Source of the DNA: Paraphysomonas bandaiensis
Taxonomy: Eukaryota; Protista; Chrysophyceae
Assembly (NCBI GenBank): GCA_965644295.1
Contig: CBFFRP010000184.1
Coordinates: 62,001 to 126,000, forward strand
Length of the DNA: 64,000 nt
Direction: 5' to 3'
Under the pieces are notes generated by a model that saw only the letters and a list, made by a program, of their open reading frames with translations, searched no databases and was not told the DNA's origin. Of this stretch, positions 17,440 to 30,533 are shown one piece after another. Within the stretch, counting starts at the first letter, position 1. Each line of letters begins with the position of its first letter. Position numbers and translations under genes: made by a program.

Positions 17440-17500
17440 CTCGTCCGTGAATGACTTAGGTTGCGTTGATGCCAACGTGTCTTGATGATAACGGACTGAG
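17440..17500 (+). promoter_or_regulatory. SECIS-like element in the SelO 3' UTR
   Basis: Helix I GTCCGT(17443-48)/ACGGAC(17491-96). Core ATGAC(17451-55)/TGAT(17486-89). Helix II TTAGGTTGCGTTG/CAACGTGTCTTGA. It lies about 120 nt downstream of the UGA. Confidence 0.85.
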
Positions 17501-18110
17501 ACTTTCTATACAACAATTTCGTTGTTTGTTGTATTACTGCTAGCCGAATGTGAAGGAAATATATGATATTGTAGAGTACATTGGAAAGGAGTAATATATT
17601 ACATAGTTTTACTTTTCATAGCTTATTTACTACTAGTTTTTTAGTGGAAGAATTCTACGACTGCTTCAAACTCTATTGATGAGTAAAAATAAATAGATCA
17701 TTGCTATTAATCAGGTGTCTTCGTTATATTTTTAGAGAAATGAAGGCATTAATCAAGGTCTAATGGTTATGAGGAGCTGTTGATTTTAGTGCCAAGAATT
17801 ATTGCTATCCATCCCTAACATCTGATATATCCATTGGTAATGTAGTGGTGGAGATATTACTAATTCCCTCAACAAAAAGTCGGACTCGCACCTTTTCGTG
17901 GTGTTCTGGGGGATAACTACCGGAGATATATCTCCGCCGGGAATCTAACGTAAGCCGAATATATGGCCAGCAGATTTTGTTCTACCTATTCATAGCCTAA
18001 TGCTTGTGTGGTACAAAGACACTAATTAGTGTCAACTGTGTAGACATCTTTGGTCCCCGATGAATAAAGACAGGCATCCGGGAATAGGCCCACCTCAAGG
18101 GCGCGCATCC

Positions 18111-18355
18111 GGGGTATTGGGCTGACTGATGAAGTCAAGCATCCGGGATGTTCACCTTAAGGACTCAAAGATCCCGAAGTTAGCAAATGTCAGGTATATC
18201 AACATTCTGCTTGCTCACTGCGTTTGCTTTGAGTGATAGAGCGAAAGTGGTTGCACCTTGGTACTTGCGGTGACGCACACGAAGCTTTCGTAGCGATAAA
18301 TAGTAGGATATCAGAGTTAAGAATTAAGCACTGACCCTTAGACGCCTATTGCTAA
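18111..18355 (+). repeat. Dispersed repeat family, copy A (possible LTR or non-autonomous TE remnant)
   Basis: 18111-18277 aligns without gaps to the reverse complement of 53072-53238 (about 89% by eye). 18245-18355 matches 47555-47719. Confidence 0.85.
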
Positions 18356-18632
18356 TAATATTACTGATATTACTAATTCTTGTTTATATACATTTATGGA
18401 CTATAAAAGCCCAGTACTACTGAGTCAGAAATTTTAAATATCTACCATTGCAATCATTGTGTTGCGGTCATATGGGAGACCGTTTGTCAGAAAATCTCTA
18501 GTTGACAGTAATTTACGAGTATTCATATGTGTTGGGATAATAGGGATGTTTTACTCAAGATAATATATTATTTAATTACAAATTTCTTGAAATAATTCTA
18601 TATCATCATACACCAAAAAATAAATACATTAA

Positions 18633-20158
18633 CTAGCTTTGAAGCAAAGACGGCAAGTCCGCAATTCTTGTATTTAAACCGGCATTCACTTCTGCTGCAT
18701 GGTTGTTTTCTTTAGACAAAACTCTCACTAATCCTGCGAGCTCTTCCCTTTTATCATCTGCATCAAGAAAAGCATTCTGTAACTCCGTAACTTGTGATAT
18801 GAGTGTTCTCTCAATATTCTTGTAGAACTCAACCTGTTTCTCAGCATCCTCTAACTTTACCTCTAGCCTCTTTACACGTTCTTCGCAGCCCTCGTGGTCA
18901 GACAACACCCTCTCGTACTCATTGACTCGCCGCTCCGTTTCTTGCAGGTTAGTGGTAATGATACCGATATCAGTACATTGAGAATCCAACTTTTCGCGAA
19001 GATCACCAATAACTTTTTCTTTCACTCGGATCTCATGTTGATGTGTGCTGGAAAGAGTATTGATACGTTCATTGAGATCAGTCACTGATCTTACAGTTCC
19101 AGAGTGCTGTGTCTTGAGTGTTTGAATAGCATTAAATAGGTTATGCAAGGCTACATCGACCTGATTTGTCTGGCAATAAACACAATAAATGCATGACATT
19201 GACCTGGAGTACATATGATACGCACCTCCGCTGTAGAGTTTGGACTGTGAGTAGAGTCTCCAAGACCAATACTCTTTGTTGCAGATTCAACGCATGACAC
19301 AGCGTAATCTACCCGTTCCTTCAAGCTTTTGCATACCAATTCAAGCTCCTTTACTTGCATTGATAAGGAATCTATTTTTTCTAGGTCATCAGGGTTGTGC
19401 TTAACCTCAGCGTCAGTGGCAATTTGTTTGTATGCGTTCAATTCATTCAACAGCACCTCATTTGCTAGTTCGGAATCCTTGAGCTGCTGCTTCAAGTCAT
19501 TGTTCTCAATTTCTAGACTTTCATTGCATGATACAATCTTCTGCGATTTATTTCCCAATTCATCTAATTGCACTTTCAGCTTGGAGTTTTCCGACATGTA
19601 TCTTTCCAAGACGCTCTTTTCCTCGCAGTTTCCCGCTGGTTTTGTCACAGTCATCTGCTCTCTCTTAAGCAGAACATGAAAGTCCATCAAGCGATCAACA
19701 AGTGCTAGGTGTGTAGGAAGTGAGTGTAGGTCTGCGTTGATAGTTCCAGATCGAGAGTTACGTCTATAGTTCGTAGGAAAGCCTTCACTTGTTTGCTTCA
19801 AGACTTCTCTATCAATCTCAGCAACCCGATCGAGAACTTTATCAATAAGTTTCGACTTGAATTCACTCGCATTGTATAGGGCACGACCCGATTCTATATT
19901 ACTTCTGATGGTATTAGCGTACGAAGAGCTAGTGGTCAATGTAGTACATTCTGGGTGTTGTAATGCCGGTTGAACTTTTCGAAGATCACCCAGTTTTCTG
20001 GACAAAATTTCGATGTCTTTCTCCAATAATCGAATTCTATCAACATCCACAGAATCTGCAACACAGGTCTGCATCTGCTGTGCACTTTTTACGAGCTTGG
20101 AGTGTCCAGGAGCCTTTGCAATTCTCGACTTAACTGGGCACTTTGGATAAGCCTTCAT
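18633..20158 (-). CDS. Coiled-coil protein of unknown function (2 exons)
   Basis: ORFs 19151-20158 and 18633-19214 join through a GT-AG intron of about 19225-19161/19170. Sequence is E/K/L-rich with heptad character. Confidence 0.75.
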
Positions 20159-21949
20159 AGTCTTTATAATTCACTCCAATCGGTTTATATATCAGTGTGG
20201 AACACAAATCATATCACCACGATTAACAATCTCATCATTTCGAAACGACTATATTATGTCTGCTGCTCGTACTGTATAGCCGGTGGACAAACACTTCGCT
20301 CCAAAAAACGCCATTTTACCCCTTCAAGTTATGTTACAATACAGGCCTATAGACTCCCAATACTTCGTTATGATTGGATATGATTTCGGCGTCATAGAAC
20401 TGAGCATTGCTCAGATTATTAATCACTTCAAGAACTGACTTCGTCGATCTGAACGAATGTTGAAGAAAGTCTAGTTCGCATTACTGTACCTGCTTTGAAC
20501 ACCCTCCTGCAGAGTTCCCACTACCTATTGAGACTACGCAAAGTTTTCTAATTAGTTGACTGCACTGCATTTCATGAGGCCTTTAGGCGGACCAGTGAAT
20601 GAGTGACAATCTCATGAAATTGACCTCGTACAACAGGTGGATGCATAAATTTGGAATTACGTATCAATCATAGAACTCTCGCATAGGTTTATACATGCTG
20701 TATATAGCTCACGATCATGTATATACTTCTCTTCAAGAATACAACAACTAGGTATTGTTGATGAGATCAGAGATCTCATGGTCCAAATGTATTCTTAAAT
20801 CACAACTGATGACAATGAATAACTCTATGGGTATTATATATCTTGGAGGATCTTTTTGTCGATTATTGTTTCTCATATTCCTACATCCAGTTCTTTGATG
20901 AGCTGTGGTAGTGCATCGTGTCGTTGTTGCTCTCCTCCCGCAGAGATTGTTAGTTCATAACTCGTTGCTCTACAATGTGAATGACACTAACCTAAACTAA
21001 GTAAGGTGTTTTCTTCTAATTCTTTCTGCTCAACATACAAAATATTATTGAGGTGTTCCTCTTTCCTCTGACACCTCTTTGTGAAGATGCTGGTCATAAA
21101 ACGAGGTCTTGCATACAAAAACAAAAAACACTAATCGAATTTTACAAAAACCCAAATGCAATATATAATTTATACGATATTACGGTTACAACTAAAGTAC
21201 CAAGTGAACACTTTGCAGTTTGCAGGGCTGCGTAACAATTAATTGACGCAGGTTGTTGTAATTATAAATGCAATCATTACTTGCTGTCTCAATATACATT
21301 AATTGATACGTACGTATATAGCTATACATTAGCTGCCAATATAACTTGCTCAATTGTCACTTCATTTCAGAGGAAACGATTGCGTCAATGCACGAGTAGC
21401 TCTAAAATCCAAGGAGTCATGCTCTTGTGCCAACCAGTCATTACGATCCTAACTTTACTCAATAACCTTTCAACCCGTTTGGTTATGGCATGCAAGTGCT
21501 TCATGTTGCGGTATCGAGTTTGTTTAGACCTGCAATTTCTATAATAGACAACTAACTGAATCAACTATTTAATCGTTACGCAGTTCCGACACTTAGCACC
21601 AGACTACAACGGTGCATCACTGTCTAGAGCTCCGCCGTATAAGCATGATAGGGTACTACGTTGTGTAGCTATTTTACTGTCCTATATGCGGCTAAGAAAA
21701 TGCTAACTTATCATATTGTAAATCACAAGTCAAATTAATTTTAAAAATTGCATCAATCGTGCGTAATTCTGAGCACTAAGATAAATCGTATGATACCAAT
21801 GTTTATGACACCGGTGCTGCAATCGCGTGTCGAATCTGACGTCGCTGAAAATAGTCCGATGCATAAAAGCCTTGACACAGGTCACCTGACGCATGCAAAA
21901 GTAAGAATCCCAGGTTTTACAAAAATAATCCTTCAGAGCAGAACAAACA

Positions 21950-22271
21950 TGCCTCAAGTGGATCAATTGGAGTAGTATGAATCATCACTTAGAATATGAT
22001 TATCGAATTCATCATCAGCATGACTATTAACGTACAAGCCATTTCAGTGATCTTACCTAAAACTTGTGATCATATTCTGAATTTCCTCGAGTACACACGA
22101 TGACTAGCCATTCCACATGCTATAGCTCTACATATGCATATAAATGTCAAGTAGGAAAAATGAGACAATGCTGTATGAAATCTCCAAAGAGCGCAAGTTA
22201 TGCCTCAAGTGGATCAATTGGAGTAGTATAAATCATCACAATATGTAAGATTATCGAATTCATCATCAGCA
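21950..22271. repeat. Pair of 71-bp direct repeats (21950-22020, 22201-22271) around a 180-bp spacer
   Basis: TGCCTCAAGTGGATCAATTGGAGTAGTAT...GATTATCGAATTCATCATCAGCA occurs twice, with a short diverged middle. Confidence 0.85.
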
Positions 22272-23192
22272 TGTTCGCGTATATTTATAAAACTGTGTCT
22301 ATAGTGTGTGTCCACTTACATTGCATACTGTTCCCGGACAACCACACATCCATCAGATGGATTTAGCCAAAAGAAGGTTAGGCAACTGCAACAACTATGA
22401 ATTGAAGCAAGAAAACATACACGTGGAAGCTTATGTACGTATTTCTATATCATTATACAATATGTGCCATGGCTATGACTCGTTCTTCTCCTATCGCGAA
22501 ATAAATTTCACGGACCCCCAAAGGGGTAACGATTTACGCAATGAAGAAAGCCAGAATATAATTCTAAGCAATTCCACACCACTACGCCGAGGAGACGATC
22601 TTAAGGTCCTTGGTTAGGATGAGCACTGGAATAACTCCAGTTGACATCAACCAATTTAATATGTCCCAAACAATTTCGATACATCAAGTCATATGACGCA
22701 TCATCAATTGCATAGGGATAGGTATACAGAGCAAAGTCTAAAAACAACTGTACCTTCCATTTTTCGAATACTGATGCTTCTGGCAGAGCTTACATGTGTT
22801 TAGTCTTCAGCTGACCCGATCAGAATCTGTACTGAACATGATAGTCACGCACAGCACAGGAGTGAATTTATGTCATACTTCTGTGTTTGAATAGTGGGGC
22901 CTGCTGCTGCATGACATGCATCTCTGTCCACACAATTTTCTCCCCCCATATCGTCCACATATTCCACCCGCATGAATAATACACTGTATTCTATTCCTGT
23001 ATGTCTAGATTGGATACGATGACCACTGACAGAAAAGAACAGAACGAAGTGACAAGAAAAGTATCTTCTCGTCACCCAAATCGAAATGAATGCATGCGTG
23101 ATGTCAGAGTGATCCTTCAGTTCCATTTGATCGTCACATATGTTTAAGCTCACTATTTACATTTAAACGACATAGAAAGCGCCCTTGATATA

Positions 23193-26100
23193 ATGCAACG
23201 ATCGTCCACACCAACAATGAGTTCGTCTTCTCACATTGCTTTGATCAGTCTGATAGTTGATGTGCAGATGTCCTGGTCAACCTCGACACTAAAGGCAAGT
23301 TAGTTCTAGCTGACGGGGATGAGATACAGGTTCAGTCAGCCATTTCAAAGTATTATTTGCTCATGGAACTGCAGGGGTATTCTTTCGGTGCGAATAAGTC
23401 GATGGCAGGAGAGGTTGTGTTCAACACAGGCATGGTTGGGTACGTGACTATTACTTATCCTTCCACTCAACCCACTCTTCCAATGCATTCTTTGGCATAT
23501 CGTCTTTGCACAAACCCGTATTGTCTTCTACTGCATAACGTTTACATAGATACCCTGAATCTCTCACTGACCCTTCATACTGCGGACAGATTCTGGTCTT
23601 GACATTTCCGATGATTGGAAATTACGGTCGTTCGCTGATTCGTATATGGCGATTTGTTTTATTTCTCTTTTAGGGGTACCCAGTGATTCTAAGGACGAAA
23701 ATGGTTTGTTAAAGTACTTTGAAAGTAGGAAAATCCAAGTAGCGGGATTAATAGTGGCGGAATATTCTCAAACATATAGTCACTGGAATGCCGCCAAGTC
23801 TCTCGGACAATGGCTCTCTGAAGCAGGTGTGTAACCTTGTGTCTGGGTAATTCAGTTAGTTTAAGTGCGTGGGGTATTACGAGGTTCATATTCGTTTCAT
23901 TCGACAGATCTCTGTTGCGTTGAGTCAGTATTCTTTCACAATATATTACACTGTATCATATATAGGTATCCCGGCACTATATGGGATTGATACTCGGCGA
24001 CTGACAAAGAAGATTCGCATCCATGGCTCGATACTGGGTAAGATCGAGTTTGCTGGACAGGCAATTCCCTTTGAAGGTGTGATTATATCAATAACTTTCT
24101 TATTTTAAATTTCCTTATCATACACTTCACACATTATTAATGTCAAGTTTTAAATCTCATGCACCTTTTATAGATCCAAACACTCGAAACCTTGTGGCAG
24201 AAGTTTCAACGAAGGTAGCACCGTGTTGAACATCTTTAGTTTTGGTGGATATTTTAGATATATTATCATTTATCGAGGTTTTATTCACATCTAAAGCGTC
24301 ACTGCGGTGTTTAGGTGTGCTACAGTCTGGGGGACGAGAATTCATCGGTGCATATCCTAGCCTTTGATTGTGGCATAAAATACAACATTCTCCGATACTT
24401 TGTTGATACTCATGTCAGTGTCATTTGAACTACATAATCTTGTCAGCTAATCGTTCTCTGTTCTGTAGTGTGTACGGCTTACAGTTGTACCGTACAACTA
24501 CCCTCTTGAAAGTAACCCAGAGTCAATCAGTTATGACGGAATTTTTTTGTCCAACGGACCCGGAGATCCTGCTATATGCAAGGAAACCATTGCGTCTCTC
24601 AAGGTAAGTCGTTATTTCACTGTGGTAATACGATGTTGATTTTCATTGCGCACTGGAAATATTAAATTGTCTTGAAATTGTTATTTGTTCACCTACTATG
24701 ATGAATGTACGATTGACTTGGCGCACAGTGGGCAATGGAACGAGAGAATCCCAAGCCCATATTTGGGATATGTTTAGGTGTTCTGTTATGCGATGAGCGT
24801 TCCTGTTATAATTAAATCACGTAGGCAACCAGCTTATGGCACTTGCATGTGGTGGAAAGACATATAAAATGACATATGGCAACAGGTGGGCATCGTGAGC
24901 GTGTTGTTGCGATGTCATTACGTAATTATGTAGGGGAATGAATCAACCATGTATTGATCTTCAGACTTCTAAGTGTTATATCACACCTCAGGTTTCAGTA
25001 TACTATATAGATTGAACGTTCATTGTTATGTTGTTGGAATAGCTAAAGCGATTTGTGTGTGTAGAATCATGGATTTGCAGTAGATAATGCTTCTCTTCCA
25101 CCTCACTGGCAGCCTCTATTTATCAACGCCAATGACCTCTCGAATGAGGGCATTATACACACATCAAAGTGAGTTATGTTGCTTTGAACTTGCGCTATTC
25201 ATGTTCAGTCACTGTGACGATTCCGATATGCTCCACTAACTGATGTTATTTTTCGATATAGACCATTTTTTTCAGTACAATTTCATCCAGAGGCCCAAGG
25301 AGGACCTACTGAATCTTCTTTCCTCTTTGACACTTTCCTTGACATCGTCCGCGGAACAGCACAGATAAGGAGTCTCCTCAGCCCCTTGATATACGAGAGA
25401 TCCGTTGTGAGAAAAGTGCTACTAGTAGGAAGCGGTGGTCTCTCGATTGGGCAGGTATTGTTGCACAAGGCCATGCATATTGAGTGTAGTTTTGAATATT
25501 TGTTTTCTCGGTTTGATTTTCAGATGTGGTATTTAGGCTGGCGAGTTTGACTACAGTGGGTCCCAAGCATGCAAAGCACTCAAAGAAGAGGGTATTGAAG
25601 TAATAGTCATCAATCCGAATATAGCTACTGTGCAGACTTCGAAAAACCTTGGTAGAGCATCTCCTGACAAGGTCTACTTCCTTCCTATCAGGTTCTAACT
25701 CTTCCTACTCTTGTTTTAGTTTGACTGCAATATTATGAAACATTTGTTGACTTATCTATTCCATTGTTTCACGAAATTGACAAGGGCCCATGTGATCGAG
25801 GAAATTATTGCCAAAGAGCGCCCAGATGGAATTATAGTTAGCATGGGCGGACAGACAGCTCTCAATGTTGGCATCGAACTGTGGCGTTCTGGAGTATTTG
25901 AAAAATATTCATGCAAGGTACCGATTCTGTTAAATAAATACTTTGTTTGAATCATTTCTGAGGTGCTGGGCACTCCAATTGATACTATCATTGCCACAGA
26001 AGATCGCGAGCTGTTCAGTCAAAAGCTCGCAGAAATAAATGAGTCTCTGGCCTTATCATACAGGTAAATTTTACTATCCTTGCAGTTTACATCATAAATG

Positions 26101-29100
26101 TATGTAAATTTAGTGCAAGTAATGTCGACGAAGCGTTGCAAGTTGCATCAAAGGTTTTTAGTTGCGCTATATGTCAATTCACATGGACTCATTTAGCATA
26201 GATTGGGTATCCTGTGCTTGTTCGAGCAGCTTTCGCACTGGGAGGACTAGGCAGTGGTTTTGCAGATAATGCCGACGAGCTGCGTATACAGTGCGAAAAG
26301 GTGCTTCAGTGAGTAATAAGTTTGGAGAATACCTCAAGCTTGCGCAGGCTTTCGCGATATCCAGCCAGATACTAATCGACCAGGACCTTCGCGGTTGGAA
26401 GGAGGTATATTTCTATTTAATTGATAGTATAGGCAGCATAACACATACTTACCAGGTGGAGTATGAAGTAGTTCGAGACTGTCGTGACAACTGCATCACT
26501 GTCTGTAACATGGAGAATTTTGATCCTCTTGGAGTGCACACTGGAGACAGTATTGTAGTGGCACCATCACAAACACTCACCAACAGGCATGTGGTTGTTG
26601 CAGAAGCGATTCTGAGTTTATAGTGCTTCCGTAGCGAGTACTTCAAACTGAGGTCTACAGCTCTTAAAGTCATTCGTGCCTTGAAGATTGTGGGAGAATG
26701 CAATATTCAATACGCACTAAATCCCGTTAGTGAAGAATATTGTATTATTGAGGTACGATAATTATAGATTTGAGGTGTATATAACACTTGAGATACATAT
26801 AGGTAAATGCTCGACTCTCCCGCTCTTCTGCTTTGGCATCGAAAGCAACAGGTCAATGACTCCCTATATCATTGTCTCTCATAATGACAACAGGCTACCC
26901 ACTGGCCTACGTTGCGACCAAGCTGAGTATTGGACAAGACTTGGTCAGCATTCGTAATAGTGTAAACAAGACAACCACAGCGTGTTTCGAGCCGTCGTTG
27001 GATTATTGTGTTGTAAAAGTAATCACACTAAAGTCGGTAGGATATGCTGGTATCTAAGCTATCATAGGTTCCTCGTTGGGATCTAGCTAAATTTAACCGG
27101 GTATCGACGAAGTTAGGTAGAAATTTGGTTATCTATATTATTGTTTCAATATTTGACAGGCAGCAGTATGACTTCTGTTGGCGAGGTGATGGCCATAGGA
27201 AGAAATTTTGAGGAAGCTATTCAGAAGGCTGTACGAATGGTACCTGAATATTGAAACGTTTGTCAATTCTCTCATATGAATTTAGGTGAGTGGTGGGAGG
27301 TTAGATGGGTTGGATGGAGAAAAGATGAGGAGCGGCACAAGTGTGAAAGTAGAATCATCTGATTTGGACGTAATGCTGAGAGTCCCAACTGACACGAGGT
27401 TGGTATGGTGCAGTGGCATATTCATTACGCCTAATGTTGTCATCCACTAGGCTCGCTGCTGTACAGACAGCTTTAGAACAAGGTTATAGTGTTGACGAGG
27501 TATGTTACGGATCGTATATAGCAGTGTTTTATTCAGCTGCTGTAGATCCATTCCCTAAGTCGAATCGATAAGTGGTTTCTGTCGAAACTAAAAAAAATTG
27601 CCTCTCTCAAGGAGGAAATCTCTCGCTACAGGTATGTATTGAGCACTCGAGCTTGGTAATATTCATGCTTGCTGTCGTTCAGTTTTGACCAGTTGAGTCC
27701 AGAACACATCAAAACAATGAAATGTGCTGGCTTTTCGGATTCACAGATTGCGAGATATACGAAGTCTTCTGAGTTTGTGGTATGTAGTGTCGTTCACTCA
27801 AACATCTGTAGGTCATAAATGCAACTCAGATACGCCGTAGGAGGCAGCAGTGGGGCATAACACCATTTTGCAAACAGATTGATACACTTGCTGCTGAGTT
27901 CCCCGCTGAAACCAACTATCTTTACATGACTTATAACGGAACTGAACATGATGTTGTAGTGGAGACTGGTCCAAGCGGAGGAGGTGTAATGGTACGCATT
28001 ACAAGTGTAATCACGCGGAGGATTGGTAATAAACATTGTTCCTGCTATACCTCTATTTATAGGTGCTTGGTTGCGGTGCTTATTGTATCGGGAGCTCTGT
28101 TGAGTTTGATTGGTGTGCAGTTAGCGCTGTCCGACAGGTACTAATACTGTGAATACTACAGACTGCATCTCTTATTTCCAATTCAGCTCCGTTCTATGGG
28201 TGACAAGGCCATCGTTGTAAACTACAACCCAGAGACAGTCAGCACTGACTTCGATGAGTCGGACAAGTACGGTTTCAAATAGTGCTGTTGTGGTGTTTTT
28301 AGTCGATCTAGGTTGTACTTCGAGGAGCTGACTCAAGAGCGCGTTTTAGATATATATGAGCTTGAGAAAAGCGTGGGTGTCATAGTCTCTGTCGGAGGCC
28401 AAATACCTAATAACCTCGCTATGACGCTGCACCAGCAGGTATAGCTGTGTATACGTCCTTTGACCTCGAAATTATGCTGCATGGTATCAGGGGGTACATA
28501 TTCTAGGAACATCTCCGGAGAACATTAACAAGGCAGAAGACAGGTAACTACGCCCGAGATGAAATCCGCATAATAAATTTTTTAAAATGGTCTCTCAACA
28601 GGCACCTATTTAGCGCCATGCTCGACAAAATTAAGGTTATGTGATATCTGTATCTTCTTAATATGATCGTAACTTTGCTTCCAGGTTGACCAACCCGAGT
28701 GGTCAGAATTGACAACCAAAGAAGACGCCTTCTCGTTTGCGGCTCAAGTTGGCTACCCGGTATGTATTTGTAATACTATGTCACGCTTTTAAATTGTGCG
28801 ATATGATTGTATTAATTAGCATGTACTATCATACGCTAATTTTATTTATCTTTCTTCAGGTTCTTGTACGACCGTCGTTCGTTCTGTCAGGTTGTGTATA
28901 AATTGCATGTAATTTCTGATTTGACTGGTCACGGTTCAGGCGCTGCAATGGCAGTAGCATGTACTGAAAGCGAGCTCACGAACTGCTTATCAGGTGATGT
29001 TAGTATATACATCTTAAGCTGTGCGTATGTGCGTAAAGTTATGCGAGCTCACTTTTTCCATGATTTTGATATACTGCAGCTGCGGAAGAAATTTCACAAG

Positions 29101-30533
29101 ACAAGCCAGTGGTTATCAGCAAGTTTATGACAAGCTGCAAGGAGATTGAGTTTGATGCTGTGGCTCAAAAGGGAGCTATTTTAAATTATGCAATATCTGA
29201 ACACGTAGAAAATGCCGGTGTGCATAGTGGTGATGCAACACTTGTGCTTCCAGCACAGAAGCTTTATGTTCAGACAGTTCGAAAAGTGAAGTCAATAGCA
29301 TCGCAGATTGCGCGAGCACTTAATATCTCGGGTATGTGTTAAATTGCCAAGAGTGGCAGATGATTTTGTAAAGATTGTGAATAGGACCATTTAATATCCA
29401 GTTGCTTGCCAAAGATAATTACGTCAAGGTTATCGAGTGTAATTTGAGGTCTGCAAGCTACAGTTTCTTATCACAAGTAACTATTATCGACAGAGCATCT
29501 CGCACCTTCCCATTCATATCGAAAACACTGGATGCTAATTTTATTACCCTCGCGACAAAGGTTATGATGGGATATGAATGTCGACCGTACAATATATCTC
29601 TGATCGGTATGTATGACACTTACTTATAGCAAGTCTCATGGGTGCGTAGACTACGACTATGTTGCTGTGAAAGCGCCCATGTTTTCTTTTACTCGGCTCA
29701 GAGGAGCCGATCCAACCCTTGGGGTGGAGATGAGCTCCACCGGCGAGGTTGCATGCTTTGGTCATGATGTGCAAGAGGCATTCTTGCAGGTACTCAAATA
29801 TTTCCTTCAATATTATCTATATCATATACCCACTGCTGTTACAAGGACGGTTCCATTGTTTATTATGCTCTTGCACTACGTCTATCATTGATGTTATTTT
29901 GCAGTCTCTACTTGCAACAACTTTTAAGCTCCCTCAAGTACATCCTAACAAGCATATCCTCATCTCCATTGCAGAGGATCGTATGCGCGAGAGCTTTGTG
30001 CCAGCAATGGAAATGTTCCGTGATATGGGATACAACCTATCAGGTCTGTGATGAATGTATATTTGCTCATATGAAATATGGTAATGCGGTTGGATGGCAT
30101 TCCAGGAACCCCGGGCACGGCTGAGTTTTATATGACGAGGGGGTTCAAAATAACTTCCCTTGATAAGCCTCCTTTTGAGACGCCGAAAAGCGTGTCCACG
30201 TGGATTAGGAATGGTTATGTAGATTTGGTAATTAACATCCCTGAGGGAACGACAAGACGAGAAGAAGTTACATCCGGGTATCTTATGAGGCGACTGGCGG
30301 TTGATTTTGGGTGTTCGTTGATAACCAACCTCCGGTAAACCTGTGCTCATGATGGCATGTTGTTGATGTTGTTTTCTTATTCTTAGATTATGGCACTCTG
30401 CTCCTTGCTCATATTGCTATACAGGTGCGCGGAGCTTTTCGCAGATGCTCTGCATCGTGCAAAGCCCCTTCCATGCATCAGCGTGGAGGAATTCATCGGT
30501 ACTGCTCCCCACGCGTCTTCTGGCTTCGTTTAA
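23193..30533 (+). CDS. Glutamine-dependent carbamoyl-phosphate synthetase, fused small + large subunit, stand-alone (no DHOase/ATCase), about 45 introns
   Basis: [11 protein letters not shown]|[27 protein letters not shown]|NQL (catalytic Cys), [16 protein letters not shown]|[53 protein letters not shown] and the MGS-like DLVINIP...RRLAVDFG. Stop TAA at 30531-33. Confidence 0.96.

Noticed and set aside
18127-18247. CTGATGA ... CGAAA suggesting a hammerhead ribozyme
   Set aside because: The motifs are about 110 nt apart with no convincing stem II, and copy C has CTGCTGA and AGAAA instead.
20400-23150. Short ORFs in the intergenic region
   Set aside because: No recognisable motifs or consistent exon chain; possibly decayed sequence.
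23221-30424. Introner-type mobile introns in CPS
   Set aside because: No shared sequence or terminal inverted repeats were seen among the introns compared by eye.
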